A stretch of DNA of 38,219 nt, taken from the NCBI GenBank assembly GCA_964549355.1, contig CAZJUS010000004.1, positions 1-38,219 on the forward strand, read 5' to 3'. Position 1 is the first letter of the stretch. The number at the start of each line of letters is the position of its first letter. The DNA comes from Candidatus Undinarchaeota archaeon (GTDB lineage: Archaea; SpSt-1190). The notes beneath the pieces were generated by a model. The model worked only from the letters and a program-made list of their open reading frames with translations. It ran no database searches and had not been told where the DNA came from. This document shows, piece after piece, positions 1 to 9,216 of the stretch. The translations under genes were made by a program, and so were the position numbers.

Positions 1-2
1 TT

Positions 3-1310
3 GCGGAATGGGAATTTTTGATCGGCCATGCGACTCCTCTGGGAGTCATGAATCAAGGGGTCACCCAAAGGCCCACCCTCCCTCCCAGCCCCGGAGCAAT
101 TGTTGAAGAAATTGACCCCGAGACTCTCGGCAAGTTTTTATCATTCAAAAAAGAAGGGGGTGTGAATCTGGGAAAAGTCATCCACCACAATCTTTCTGTG
201 AATTTAGACTTGACCAAAATGTTTCAAAAGCATGTTGCAATTTTGGCAATGTCAGGCGCGGGCAAAAGTTATCTGACCTCAGTTTTGATTGAAGAACTTT
301 TATCGAGGGAGAAAAGACACGGGAGAGTTGCTTCCGTCGTTTTTGATGTCCACGGCGAGTATGTTAGTTTTGCCGAAAAGCCACCCAAAGGATTTGAGGA
401 TTTTTCAGACAGAGCAATTGCCATCAGCAGAATTACAATTCCTGCATCTTCCCTGAACGCACGGGAAATTGCTTTGTTTGCTCCTATGAGCACCGTCCAG
501 ATGGTGGAGCTTGAGGAAGTCATTAAAGCATACCGAGGCACAAGGTACAATTTCAAAGAGCTGGCGGAATTTGTGAATGAGAGCAGGATGAAACCGCAGA
601 CCAAAGGAGCTCTCTCCCGATGGCTTCTGAGCCTCCACTTCACAGGCCTTTTCGGGAGCGAGGAGAAGCTGGTTGCAAAGCTGGACGGCGAAAAGCCCAA
701 AGAATACCGGCTCAGAGACCTCTTGAAATCCGGAAAATTGGTCGTCTTTGACCTTTCGTCCCGCATAGACTCGCGGGGCAAACAAATCATAACCTTATGG
801 GCGGCGAAGTCTATTTTTAAGATGAGGAGGCGGGAGGAAATACCTCCGGTTGTTATGTTTGTAGAAGAAGCCCACAATTTCATACCTGAAGGTGTCAGCA
901 GAGACCAGGCTCCAGCAAAAGGCATTTTCCAGACCATTGCCCGGGAGGGGAGAAAATTTCTTTGTTCACTTGTCATTATTTCACAAAGGCCCATCCGTCT
1001 TGATACCACCGTCTTGAGCCAGTGCAATACACACATTATCATGCGCATAACAAATCCGTACGATAAAGACCACATAGGAAAAAGCAGTGAAGGCATTACC
1101 GTCCGAACTTTGAATTCACTTACTACGCTTCAAGTTGGAGAAGCTCTGATAACTGGAGAGGCAGTAAGGAGTCCAATTTTTATAAAAATCCGCAGGCGAA
1201 GAAGCTGGGAGAAAAAATCCACCAATATGGAAGAAGATGCAAGGACATTTGAAGAGCACAAACAGAAAGAAAGTGAACGGACTGAAGAAATTGAAGATGC
1301 ATTTTTATGA
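3..1310 (+). CDS. herA: HerA-type (DUF87) hexameric ATPase/helicase, N-terminally truncated by the window edge
   Basis: The ORF is open to the window start. Walker A ILAMSGAGKSYLTS, Walker B-like VVMFVEEAHNF, and EGRKF...SLVIISQRP...SQCNTHIIMRITNPYD motifs are typical of archaeal HerA. Confidence 0.7.
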   Translation, partial: AEWEFLIGHATPLGVMNQGVTQRPTLPPSPGAIVEEIDPETLGKFLSFKKEGGVNLGKVIHHNLSVNLDLTKMFQKHVAILAMSGAGKSYLTSVLIEELLSREKRHGRVASVVFDVHGEYVSFAEKPPKGFEDFSDRAIAISRITIPASSLNAREIALFAPMSTVQMVELEEVIKAYRGTRYNFKELAEFVNESRMKPQTKGALSRWLLSLHFTGLFGSEEKLVAKLDGEKPKEYRLRDLLKSGKLVVFDLSSRIDSRGKQIITLWAAKSIFKMRRREEIPPVVMFVEEAHNFIPEGVSRDQAPAKGIFQTIAREGRKFLCSLVIISQRPIRLDTTVLSQCNTHIIMRITNPYDKDHIGKSSEGITVRTLNSLTTLQVGEALITGEAVRSPIFIKIRRRRSWEKKSTNMEEDARTFEEHKQKESERTEEIEDAFL

Positions 1311-1320
1311 TGGTGTGTGA

Positions 1321-1884
1321 ATGAAGGAGCTCTGGTTTGCAACATCAAATCCCGGAAAATTCAAAGAGGTGGCTGAATTTGCCGGAGAATATGGAATCAC
1401 TCTCCATCGGGCAGATATTGAACTTCCGGAAATAAGGGGCGACCTTGAGGCTATTGCGGAGGACAAAGCCAGGAAAGCATACGAAGCAGTGGGAAAGCCG
1501 GTTGTCGTTGAGGATTCCGGACTCTTTGTGCGCGTTCTTGGCGGGTTTCCGGGCCAATTTTCCGCATTCGCGCTGAAGACCATAGGCATCCAGGGTCTGC
1601 TGGTTTTGATGGCAGGAAAACGGGATAGATTTGCGGAATTCCGGGCTTGTGCAGCCTACTGCGACGGCGATTCCTGCGTATCCTATGCCGGCAGATGCGC
1701 CGGAAGCATAATTGATGAAGCGCAGGGCAGAGGAACTGAGGGCTTCGGATATGACCCCGTCTTTCTCCCGGCAGACCACGATAAAACTTTTGCCGAAGAT
1801 TTGCAGTACAAGCAAAGAGTTTCCCATCGCACTCAGGCATACCGTCAGTTATTCACATTTTTAACCCGCAACAATCCTGAATGA
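1321..1884 (+). CDS. non-canonical purine NTP pyrophosphatase (Ham1/ITPase family)
   Basis: 187 aa. The FATSNPGKF..E and EDSGL...G.PG..SA.F motifs are typical of the Ham1/RdgB family. Confidence 0.8.
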   Translation: MKELWFATSNPGKFKEVAEFAGEYGITLHRADIELPEIRGDLEAIAEDKARKAYEAVGKPVVVEDSGLFVRVLGGFPGQFSAFALKTIGIQGLLVLMAGKRDRFAEFRACAAYCDGDSCVSYAGRCAGSIIDEAQGRGTEGFGYDPVFLPADHDKTFAEDLQYKQRVSHRTQAYRQLFTFLTRNNPE

Positions 1885-2730
1885 ATTCGACCCTGTGAAG
1901 TATTTCCATACACCATTTGCGGAAAATTTAATGTAAAACTCATTGCTTCTCGTAACCCCGGAGAGTTTAGCTGTAAATTCTTTTTTTGCCGGAGCATTGA
2001 TTTTTTGGAGGGTGTATGTTATGCCGTTGGCGTTCACTTTTTTAGTCCAGGCATCAAGCCCCTCCACCCAGAAGCCACTTGGAAATGTGATTGACAAACT
2101 TTCAATATTGCAGTTGCAGTTTTGGTTTTTAGTCAAGGTTGAACCGTCGATGTTTAGATTGAAATAAATGGGTTTTCCTTCTTCAACATTTTTTGGATTT
2201 GCAACCAGTTCTGCGAAATTCTCCAACGATGCCGAATCGTCGCCCCCGCCCGGGGATGACCTTTCAAATTCCACTTCATCGTAGACTTTTACTGAAATTT
2301 CCGCTTCAGCCTGCTTTATTTTGAAATTCACTTCATACTTCATGTCCTGGGACTTGTTTTCGACAGGGGCGCCCGTAAGTTTCATAGTGCATGTCCTGGT
2401 CTTGGCCCCCCCTTTTGAAATGTCCCCTATGCGGATTCTTCCATTGCATGAACTCTCGACATAGCTTCCAAAATTGTACATCAAGACCTCGACATCTTCC
2501 AGGTTGTCTTTTGCCTCGATGGTGAAGCTGAATTGTCTTTCATCGCCTTCTTTCAGCTGCGACGGAAAATTTTCAAAAATTATATTGAGATATTCGCCTG
2601 AATCAGAACTGGAAGTTTTTTTGCCTGCCTGCCCGGTTTGCGGAGTATTGCTCCCTTCCTTCTTCAGGTTTTCAGTGCATCCTGCCAGAAGGACCATGGC
2701 TGCAATGGCCAATGCTGAAAAATATTTCAT
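1861..2730 (-). CDS. secreted lipoprotein-like protein (signal peptide with lipobox LLAGC)
   Basis: The N-terminus MKYFSALAIAAMVLLAGC is a signal peptide with a lipobox Cys. It overlaps the upstream pilin-like gene by 4 nt (operon). No recognisable catalytic motifs. Confidence 0.5.
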   Translation of the reverse strand: MKYFSALAIAAMVLLAGCTENLKKEGSNTPQTGQAGKKTSSSDSGEYLNIIFENFPSQLKEGDERQFSFTIEAKDNLEDVEVLMYNFGSYVESSCNGRIRIGDISKGGAKTRTCTMKLTGAPVENKSQDMKYEVNFKIKQAEAEISVKVYDEVEFERSSPGGGDDSASLENFAELVANPKNVEEGKPIYFNLNIDGSTLTKNQNCNCNIESLSITFPSGFWVEGLDAWTKKVNANGITYTLQKINAPAKKEFTAKLSGVTRSNEFYIKFSANGVWKYFTGSNSFRIVAG

Positions 2731-3863
2731 CGTTTCACCAATTTGATGTTGACATCTCCGATCTCATATGTGCCCGGACTTTCAATCAGCAGACGGTTTT
2801 GGGATGAAGCTTCGCCTCCTGAAAAGCCGAGTTCAAGTTTTCCCTTCGGTGCAGGCTGTTCATAAAGCACTGTGTCTTTTTCGGATGAGAGTGTGACCCG
2901 CAGGAGGTCATCTGAAGGGACAATTACATTCAACTCGATCACCCCTCTGTAGCTTCCGTCCCTTAGTTTGGCCAAATCTGTAGATGAAATGGAGAAATCT
3001 GTTGTGAATACCGAACTTGCGTTTGATTGAGTGAATATTATCACTTCCACATTTTTCATTTCGTAATAGCCTTCTTCAAGCAATCTGAATTCTATTGAAT
3101 TGTTCTTCCTGATTCCGGATGAAAAAGTAGTTATGAACGCTCCGGTTCCCGGAAGTCCGCGGTATACAACATTTTCGTTGTTGAGGATTATGCTTATCTC
3201 TCCAGCAATTTGCGGATTCATAGAACCTATATACACTCTCCCCAGGTAAAAGTTTTCAAGTGCGGTGTCCTCAACTGTGAATTGGAAAGTTTGTTTTTCA
3301 TCAGTTGCCAAAGCTTCTACGACTTTCAATTCACTGATTTTGTAGTATGTCGGCGCCCAAATCTTCCATCCCGAAGAACCTGCTGAAAGTTTGATTGAGT
3401 TTTCAGTTTTCAGCATGTTCAACGGGATGTTGATTTCTGCAATGCCTTCATCCGGAGTTTCCTTCCAAACCTCCTGTCCATTCACTGTGATTATCAGCGG
3501 ACCGTATTTGTTGGTGTCTTTTATGTCCAGAGTGATGGTTGCGGAGTCCAGCTTATTGATGGTGTCTTCCGGGACCGAGAATCTGACCGTGTGCTCTTCA
3601 GTGGTTATGATTCCTTTGGCGACCTCAATTGATTCCCTTTGTGTGATGAGTGGCGTTCCTTCGACGCCCTTGGACAGGATCATATTGCCTGCCAGCGGGA
3701 CATGCTTGTATGTAAATTCTCCCGAACCTATGCTTCCCACATCCTGGGACGCCAGCAGAATTTCATTCTTTTTGGCTTTTATGCCTCCGGGCAGGAAGCC
3801 CGCTGCGAGCACTAAAACAAGCCCGACAATAATTATGAGCTCCGGAACTCCCAGGCCTTTCAC
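2727..3863 (-). CDS. large (378 aa) type IV pilin-like protein with class III signal peptide
   Basis: The N-terminus MKG/LGVPELIIIVGLVLVLAAG shows the prepilin-peptidase motif KG followed by a hydrophobic stretch with Glu at +5. GTG start, with a shared TATA box at 3885-3893. Confidence 0.5.
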   Translation of the reverse strand: MKGLGVPELIIIVGLVLVLAAGFLPGGIKAKKNEILLASQDVGSIGSGEFTYKHVPLAGNMILSKGVEGTPLITQRESIEVAKGIITTEEHTVRFSVPEDTINKLDSATITLDIKDTNKYGPLIITVNGQEVWKETPDEGIAEINIPLNMLKTENSIKLSAGSSGWKIWAPTYYKISELKVVEALATDEKQTFQFTVEDTALENFYLGRVYIGSMNPQIAGEISIILNNENVVYRGLPGTGAFITTFSSGIRKNNSIEFRLLEEGYYEMKNVEVIIFTQSNASSVFTTDFSISSTDLAKLRDGSYRGVIELNVIVPSDDLLRVTLSSEKDTVLYEQPAPKGKLELGFSGGEASSQNRLLIESPGTYEIGDVNIKLVKR

Positions 3864-3884
3864 AACACTAAGGGTTCCGCGTAG

Positions 3885-3893
3885 TATTTAAAA
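3885..3893. promoter_or_regulatory. shared TATA box (tatttaaaa) between divergent genes, about 25 nt from each start codon (leaderless)
   Basis: A/T-rich box centred about 26 nt from the GTG at 3863 (minus) and about 25 nt from the ATG at 3914 (plus). Confidence 0.45.
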
Positions 3894-3913
3894 TTAGCGA
3901 GTAAATACTGGGG

Positions 3914-4927
3914 ATGAAAATCCTCAAACTCAATAAGAAGGAAGGCCATTTGGCCGTCCTGGTGGAGAACCCCGATGACCTTTGGGCCCTCAGCGTAGTG
4001 GTGAAGCCGGGGGACATAGTGGGCATGAAGACCCTCCGGAAACTGAAGCTTTTGATTGGGGACAGCGTTGAAGCCGACAAAAAACCGATGTACCTGAAGC
4101 TTCAGGTTGAGAGGGTTGAATTCCATGGTTTTACAGCAGACCTGCGCATAAAAGGCACCATAGTCGAAGGTCCGGAGGATGTCAAAGGCGGCCATACCTT
4201 TACCGTCTCCCCCCACAAGAAACTGGATATTTGGAAGGATTTGGGGCCGGAGGATATGGATTTAATTCGGGAGCATCAGAGCAGGCGCCCGAAGGTTGTT
4301 GTCGCCCTCGTGGACCGCGAAGGGGCTCTTGTGGCCTTCAAGAACGAAAAACAGTTCTTTCCAAGCAATTTGCCCGGCAAGGACGGGGAGAAGAAGGGCG
4401 CGGAGGACCTGCTCAGCCAGTTTTTCGCCCGAATCTCCAAAGCGGTCGGCCTTTTTGAGCCCGAATTTGTCGTGGTGGCCGGGCCGGGATTCATGAAGGA
4501 AAAACTTGCCCCATACCTTGCTTCCAGGGGCTTCAAAGTGACCATGGATTCCGTGTCCTCCGTCAGCGAGGGGGGCCTCCGCGAAGTGTTCAGCAAGGGC
4601 GTGGTTGACAGGGTGGCCGGCCAGGTCCGGGAGGTGGAGGAGGAAAAAATAGTGGAGGACATATACACCCAGATTGCCCGGGAAGGGAAGGTGTTCTACG
4701 GCATGGATGAGGTCGAGAAGCTCTTGGACCAGGGCAATATCAAGAGCCTTGTTGTTGCATCATCGTTCATCGGCAGTCTGGCATCTGAAAAGAAGTACGG
4801 GCATCTTGCAGACATCATGAAAAAGGTAAAATACTCGGGCGGGTCAGTTCAGGTTATCGGCGTAAACAAGGATGCCGAAAAGAGGCTTGAGGGTCTCGGC
4901 GGGATTGCCGGAACCCGGAGATGGTGA
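3914..4927 (+). CDS. pelA: Pelota/Dom34 ribosome rescue factor
   Basis: 337 aa with full-length similarity to archaeal Pelota (N-terminal MKILK..., central eRF1-like domains). Confidence 0.85.
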   Translation: MKILKLNKKEGHLAVLVENPDDLWALSVVVKPGDIVGMKTLRKLKLLIGDSVEADKKPMYLKLQVERVEFHGFTADLRIKGTIVEGPEDVKGGHTFTVSPHKKLDIWKDLGPEDMDLIREHQSRRPKVVVALVDREGALVAFKNEKQFFPSNLPGKDGEKKGAEDLLSQFFARISKAVGLFEPEFVVVAGPGFMKEKLAPYLASRGFKVTMDSVSSVSEGGLREVFSKGVVDRVAGQVREVEEEKIVEDIYTQIAREGKVFYGMDEVEKLLDQGNIKSLVVASSFIGSLASEKKYGHLADIMKKVKYSGGSVQVIGVNKDAEKRLEGLGGIAGTRRW

Positions 4928-4932
4928 ATGAT

Positions 4933-6414
4933 ATGTTCAAAGTTCGCAAAATTGATGTTGAAAGCGGAGGAGTCTTCACTGTTAGTTTGAACAGGGAGAA
5001 TGCAGAAAACCTGAACCTGAATGTGGGGGACAGGGTCGAAGTTTTTTGGGACAATCAGAGTTTCATTGCAGTCCTTGAGGTCAGTGAAAGGACGGTGCCT
5101 CTCGGGACCATCAACATACTGAAGGATGCATGGGTGAGATATGACATCCCTGGAGAGGTCCATGTGCGGGCAGTCTCCAAGCCGGAATCGGTTGAATACA
5201 TCAAGACCCGCCTGCTCGGCAATCCCATAAGCGGTGAACAAATCAAAAAGATAATTTTTGACATCATGGACAACAAACTGAGCCCGGTTGAATCGGCATA
5301 TTTTGTTGCGAGTGCATATGTCCAGAGGCTGAGCTTTGAAGAGGAAGAAGCCATGACCCGGGCCATTGTGGAAGCAGGGGAGACTTTGAAATTCAACCGA
5401 AGCCCCGTGCTTGACAAGCATTGCATTGGGGGCGTCCCGGGCAACAGGACGACGCCCATTGTGGTGCCCATTGTGGCGGCCGCCGGCTTTCTTATCCCAA
5501 AGACTTCCAGCAAGGCGATTACCAGCCCGGCCGGGACTGCAGATGTCATGGAGCTGTTTTCCAACGTAGAATTCGGCAACGATGATTTGGTTAGGATAGT
5601 CAACAAGACGGGGGCGTCTTTGGCATGGGGGGGCTCCCTTCAGCTTGCACCTGTCGATGACATCCTGCTCAAGCTCCGGTATCCTCTGAGGCTCGACCCG
5701 CTTGCATTCCTCCTCGCATCCATTCTCGCCAAGAAGTTTGCAGCGGGCGCTGAGAAGGTTTTGATTGATATACCCCTGGGTGCAAAAGTCCGGAACATGA
5801 AGGACGCCCGGGACCTGGCTTCCCGCTTCAAGAATTTGGGCTCCCGTCTAGGGATGCATGTCGAGGTTGTCATTACAGAAGGGGGCCAGCCCATTGGAAA
5901 CGGCATTGGGTCCGCTCTTGAAGCCCGCGATGTGCTGCGGGTCCTCCAGGGAAAGGGGCCTGAAGATCTGCGCGAGAAAGCTTTGCTGCTGGCGGGAAAG
6001 CTGTTGGAGATGGGCGGGAAGAAGGAAGGGTATGAACTGGCGAAGCAGATACTTGATTCAGGCAAGGCTTATGAGAAGTTCAAGGAGATTATTGCAGCGC
6101 AGGGGGGCCGCCCCGATATACAGCCTGAAGATATTGAAGTCTGTCCGAAGACGCACGACATAATTGCCGAAGAAGACATAGCTTTCATGAGATACTCGCC
6201 GGAGATTTTGGCAAAAGTTTCAAGGAGGCTCGGCGCCCCTTCCATAAAAGGGGCGGGCATATACCTGCATGTGCTCCCCACCAAACATGCCAAGAAAGGG
6301 GAAAAGATAATGACCCTCTATGCCCCCGATGACAGGAGGCTGGATGATGCCCTCCAGTATCTCAGCAGGAAGAAAGCCATCCTGGACAACAGCCAGGTCC
6401 TGGACTCTGCCTGA
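4933..6414 (+). CDS. deoA: AMP phosphorylase (thymidine phosphorylase family, archaeal AMP salvage pathway)
   Basis: About 494 aa with near-collinear similarity to Thermococcus AMP phosphorylase (HCIGGVPGNRTTPIVVPIVAAAG, KTSSKAITSPAGTADV, GGQPIGNGIGSALEARDVL). Start may be 4921 or 4933. Confidence 0.85.
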   Translation: MFKVRKIDVESGGVFTVSLNRENAENLNLNVGDRVEVFWDNQSFIAVLEVSERTVPLGTINILKDAWVRYDIPGEVHVRAVSKPESVEYIKTRLLGNPISGEQIKKIIFDIMDNKLSPVESAYFVASAYVQRLSFEEEEAMTRAIVEAGETLKFNRSPVLDKHCIGGVPGNRTTPIVVPIVAAAGFLIPKTSSKAITSPAGTADVMELFSNVEFGNDDLVRIVNKTGASLAWGGSLQLAPVDDILLKLRYPLRLDPLAFLLASILAKKFAAGAEKVLIDIPLGAKVRNMKDARDLASRFKNLGSRLGMHVEVVITEGGQPIGNGIGSALEARDVLRVLQGKGPEDLREKALLLAGKLLEMGGKKEGYELAKQILDSGKAYEKFKEIIAAQGGRPDIQPEDIEVCPKTHDIIAEEDIAFMRYSPEILAKVSRRLGAPSIKGAGIYLHVLPTKHAKKGEKIMTLYAPDDRRLDDALQYLSRKKAILDNSQVLDSA

Positions 6415-7038
6415 TTACCGCGCCTTGTATCTGCCCCTGCTGTAAACTTTTTCAAGCCTTTTCAGGACTGCCTCCCAGTCCGGGTTGCCTTTTTTATAGC
6501 CCGCAACAAGCAGCCCCCAGGTTCTGTCTGTAATTTTGTGGCCGGCTTCCAGGCATTCATGCATGACCTTCAGGTCGGTTGCAAAGTCTTCAACCCTGCC
6601 CCGTGTTGCCAGGCCGAAATCAATGAGGAAAATCCGCCCTTCTTTTGAAATCATATTGGAAGTGGTCAGGTCGTTGTGCGCAATTCCAATTGAATGGAGC
6701 CTGCCGACCTGCTCCCCAATCCTGCCGGCGACTTCATCAATCCCCGCACCAAGCTCCTTCACAGGCACCCCGTCGATGAATTCCATCTCAATTGTGAATT
6801 TTTTTTCATCAACAGACAGCACCCTCGGCAGGTCCACGCTTGCCTTTGCCTTGTTCATGAGGCGCGCTTCTCTCCGCGTCCGGTCTTTCCTGATTTTTTC
6901 GTCCAGCTCTTTTATCCGGTATTCTTTCCGGGGGCGGACCTTCACAACTTTTTTTTCACTGCGCAGGATTTCCACGACAGCCTCTGCCCCCATTTTTGAT
7001 TCCTTAACTTCCGTTTTCAGCCCCTGCGGTTTGGGCAT
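6415..7038 (-). CDS. bud32: KEOPS complex kinase Bud32 (Kae1-associated kinase)
   Basis: 207 aa RIO-like small kinase. Motifs IAHNDLTTSNMI and RIFLIDFGLA. Lies immediately downstream of the pilin genes with no spacer. Confidence 0.8.
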   Translation of the reverse strand: MPKPQGLKTEVKESKMGAEAVVEILRSEKKVVKVRPRKEYRIKELDEKIRKDRTRREARLMNKAKASVDLPRVLSVDEKKFTIEMEFIDGVPVKELGAGIDEVAGRIGEQVGRLHSIGIAHNDLTTSNMISKEGRIFLIDFGLATRGRVEDFATDLKVMHECLEAGHKITDRTWGLLVAGYKKGNPDWEAVLKRLEKVYSRGRYKAR

Positions 7039-7446
7039 TCACTCCACCCCCAGATAAATTACACCATCCTGGTATTTGACATACGGCACGAAGCCCTTGG
7101 TGTTCACAATTTTTCCGGAGACGTTGATTTCGTCTTCAAGGCCGTGAAGCCCCACAAAGACACGCTTGTTGCCCGATTTGGCCCATATGCCGTCGCTGAA
7201 CCAGATTTCTTCCGGTATTTCCGCCAGGTCCAGGCTGATGGTGGTGGTGCCTTTGTTTGAACCCTCAGTTTGTGCAAAAATAATAGCATATGCAACTTTA
7301 TTGGCATCTATATTCAGAGAATTCCTGACTTTGTCGTTGCTTATCACATCCACGATGTCATTGAAGGCTCCGACGATGTAAATCATGAACATGATGATGG
7401 CCCCCGCCAAAAGCACATTTTCAAGTATGGCGCTTATGCCCCTCAT
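7039..7446 (-). CDS. small type IV pilin-like protein (class III signal peptide)
   Basis: The N-terminus MRG/ISAILENVLLAGAIIMFMIYIV has a positively charged leader, a Gly cleavage site and a hydrophobic helix. Confidence 0.55.
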   Translation of the reverse strand: MRGISAILENVLLAGAIIMFMIYIVGAFNDIVDVISNDKVRNSLNIDANKVAYAIIFAQTEGSNKGTTTISLDLAEIPEEIWFSDGIWAKSGNKRVFVGLHGLEDEINVSGKIVNTKGFVPYVKYQDGVIYLGVE

Positions 7447-8159
7447 TCAAAGCCCACCCCGACAGTTATGGTTCGGTAGCTCACCATTATTGGGTCGTCG
7501 GCGGTTCCTTCATTCACGAGGTTTGTAGTCTCACCAGTTTGCTTTATTGTGACCCTGGTCGGCAGGGTTGCAGAAGTGCTTTTGCCTGCCAGCGGTTCAA
7601 AAACAATCCTGCTGATTTTTCCAGTCGAGCTCGACGGGTCTTTGATGGGCCTTGGGATTACCTCCATATTGAGTCTGATTCCTCCGCTCACTTTGTTTGA
7701 GCTTCCCGTGACCACCACTGCCTTGTTCACTCCCAAGGTTCCTGTGGTTTTCCCCACTGCACCGGACTGCACGCTCAGGCCTGTCGTGTTGTAGGGGCCG
7801 ATAAAATCATTGAGGGGGACACCCGTTGATGCATAGTGGATGGCCTTGCTCTGCCCCTTGATGACAATCTTGTACTCGCCGTTTGCATCCTGCTCCAGCT
7901 TTATGACAGGGGGGTTGGTGAACCGCGATTTGGTCTCCAGGCTGATGCTGGTCTCTCCGGCGTTTATGGCGGTGACTTCAATTGCATCGGCCATATCCGA
8001 CAGGACATTCTCAAGATAGGATATTGAAGCCTGGTCAGTCCTTTTCTCAAAAATAGGAATTCCAATGAGCATCGCTTCCGAAATGAGTGCAACTGCTATC
8101 AAAATCATGAGCACATTGCCCACCAGCTCCGCTGCACCTTTACGGGTATGAGAAATCAT
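7443..8159 (-). CDS. type IV pilin-like protein (class III signal peptide)
   Basis: Internal start MISHTRKG/AAELVGNVLMILIAVALI gives a classic prepilin signal. The ORF could extend to 8177. It overlaps its neighbours, suggesting translational coupling. Confidence 0.55.
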   Translation of the reverse strand: MISHTRKGAAELVGNVLMILIAVALISEAMLIGIPIFEKRTDQASISYLENVLSDMADAIEVTAINAGETSISLETKSRFTNPPVIKLEQDANGEYKIVIKGQSKAIHYASTGVPLNDFIGPYNTTGLSVQSGAVGKTTGTLGVNKAVVVTGSSNKVSGGIRLNMEVIPRPIKDPSSSTGKISRIVFEPLAGKSTSATLPTRVTIKQTGETTNLVNEGTADDPIMVSYRTITVGVGFE

Positions 8160-8613
8160 AAGTATCACCACTACCATACGGAGGCTCGACTTTTATGGTT
8201 ACCGTTCCCTTCGACATGGTGTAATTGTACTGGAGGCTTCCGCACGACGTGCCTTCCTCGCAGATGCATATTACGAAAGTCTCCCCCTGGCTTATGTCCG
8301 ACAGCGAGCTGTCGTCGAAATCATAGGGCTTGCTGTCTATGAGGGTTGCCATATTCTCGAGGTCGTCGCTTGTGTATGTTATCTCCTGCTCCGACAAATT
8401 CCTCAGGAGCAGGCAGATTTTCTCCGATTCATTCCATGCCGAGATTATGTCTATCTTGCCATAAATCTGCTTTGAGCTGGCATCTATGCCTTCGCTGGTC
8501 TGTGTGAACAGTTTGTTCTGGGTCCTGCTGAGCCACAGGTAGGTTGCACCCCCTGCTGCAATAGTAATCAGCAGAAGCAGGATTACAGCAATTATCGGCG
8601 TGGCACCTTTCAT
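8140..8613 (-). CDS. type IV pilin/archaellin-like protein (class III signal peptide)
   Basis: The N-terminus MKG/ATPIIAVILLLLITIAAGGA is a textbook archaeal prepilin signal. ATGA overlap with the upstream coiled-coil gene. Confidence 0.6.
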   Translation of the reverse strand: MKGATPIIAVILLLLITIAAGGATYLWLSRTQNKLFTQTSEGIDASSKQIYGKIDIISAWNESEKICLLLRNLSEQEITYTSDDLENMATLIDSKPYDFDDSSLSDISQGETFVICICEEGTSCGSLQYNYTMSKGTVTIKVEPPYGSGDTYDFSYP

Positions 8614-9164
8614 TCATGCACCCGTTCCTTATCCTCTTTGGTTTCTCCGGACCCTGCGGTCTTCCCTTTCATGCTCCCGAGCTGGGAGCTGAGGCTGTTG
8701 AGGGATTCAATCAGGGCCTTGTTCTGCTCTTCTATGCTCTTCAGCTTGCTCTGGACTTTTGCATCCTTCTCGCCCCCCACCGCCTTCTCGACCACCTTCT
8801 CCAGGGGCTCCTCCCCTTCGTCTTCGCCCCCCTCGCCTGCAGCCATCTCCAGATAGTCCACCATCTTCCGCGTGTTGTATGCAATCTCATCCATCTTCGG
8901 CACCATGGCCTGGAGGCTTTCGGCCAGGAGCCCCATATTGACCTGGGGCAGCTTCTGCAGGACCTCAGTGACCCGGACTATGTGGTTCTCCACGGCATTC
9001 ATATGGATCAGGTATTCCTTGAGCAGTTTTTCCCGGGACTCAACAAAATCAAGAAGCCTCAGTATGAGTTGGGCGTCAATCGGCATCGACCGTTTCTTTA
9101 GGCCGTCAATCTCGTCTTTTAACTTCTTTAGAGAAGCAACAGGGGTTTTTTCAGCACTTGCCAT
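8610..9164 (-). CDS. coiled-coil protein with acidic patch, first gene of the pilin operon
   Basis: Heptad-rich sequence (LKKLKDEIDGLKK..., KLKSIEEQNKALIESLNSL). No TM segment. Start chosen at MASAEK (9164), which sits 26 nt from the shared TATA at 9187-9193. The ORF track extends to 9263. Confidence 0.4.
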   Translation of the reverse strand: MASAEKTPVASLKKLKDEIDGLKKRSMPIDAQLILRLLDFVESREKLLKEYLIHMNAVENHIVRVTEVLQKLPQVNMGLLAESLQAMVPKMDEIAYNTRKMVDYLEMAAGEGGEDEGEEPLEKVVEKAVGGEKDAKVQSKLKSIEEQNKALIESLNSLSSQLGSMKGKTAGSGETKEDKERVHE

Positions 9165-9186
9165 TGGAGTTCTGCCTCTGGAAAAC

Positions 9187-9193
9187 TTATATA
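9187..9193. promoter_or_regulatory. shared TATA box (ttatata) for the divergent coiled-coil/pilin operon and DHH gene
   Basis: Centred about 26 nt from the start at 9164 (minus) and 27 nt from the ATG at 9217 (plus). Confidence 0.4.
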
Positions 9194-9216
9194 GTTTTCC
9201 TGTTCCCACTAGAGCC

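Noticed and set aside
269-1096. 275-aa minus-strand ORF inside herA
   Set aside because: Antisense to a strongly supported ATPase gene, with a low-complexity Ser/Leu-rich translation.
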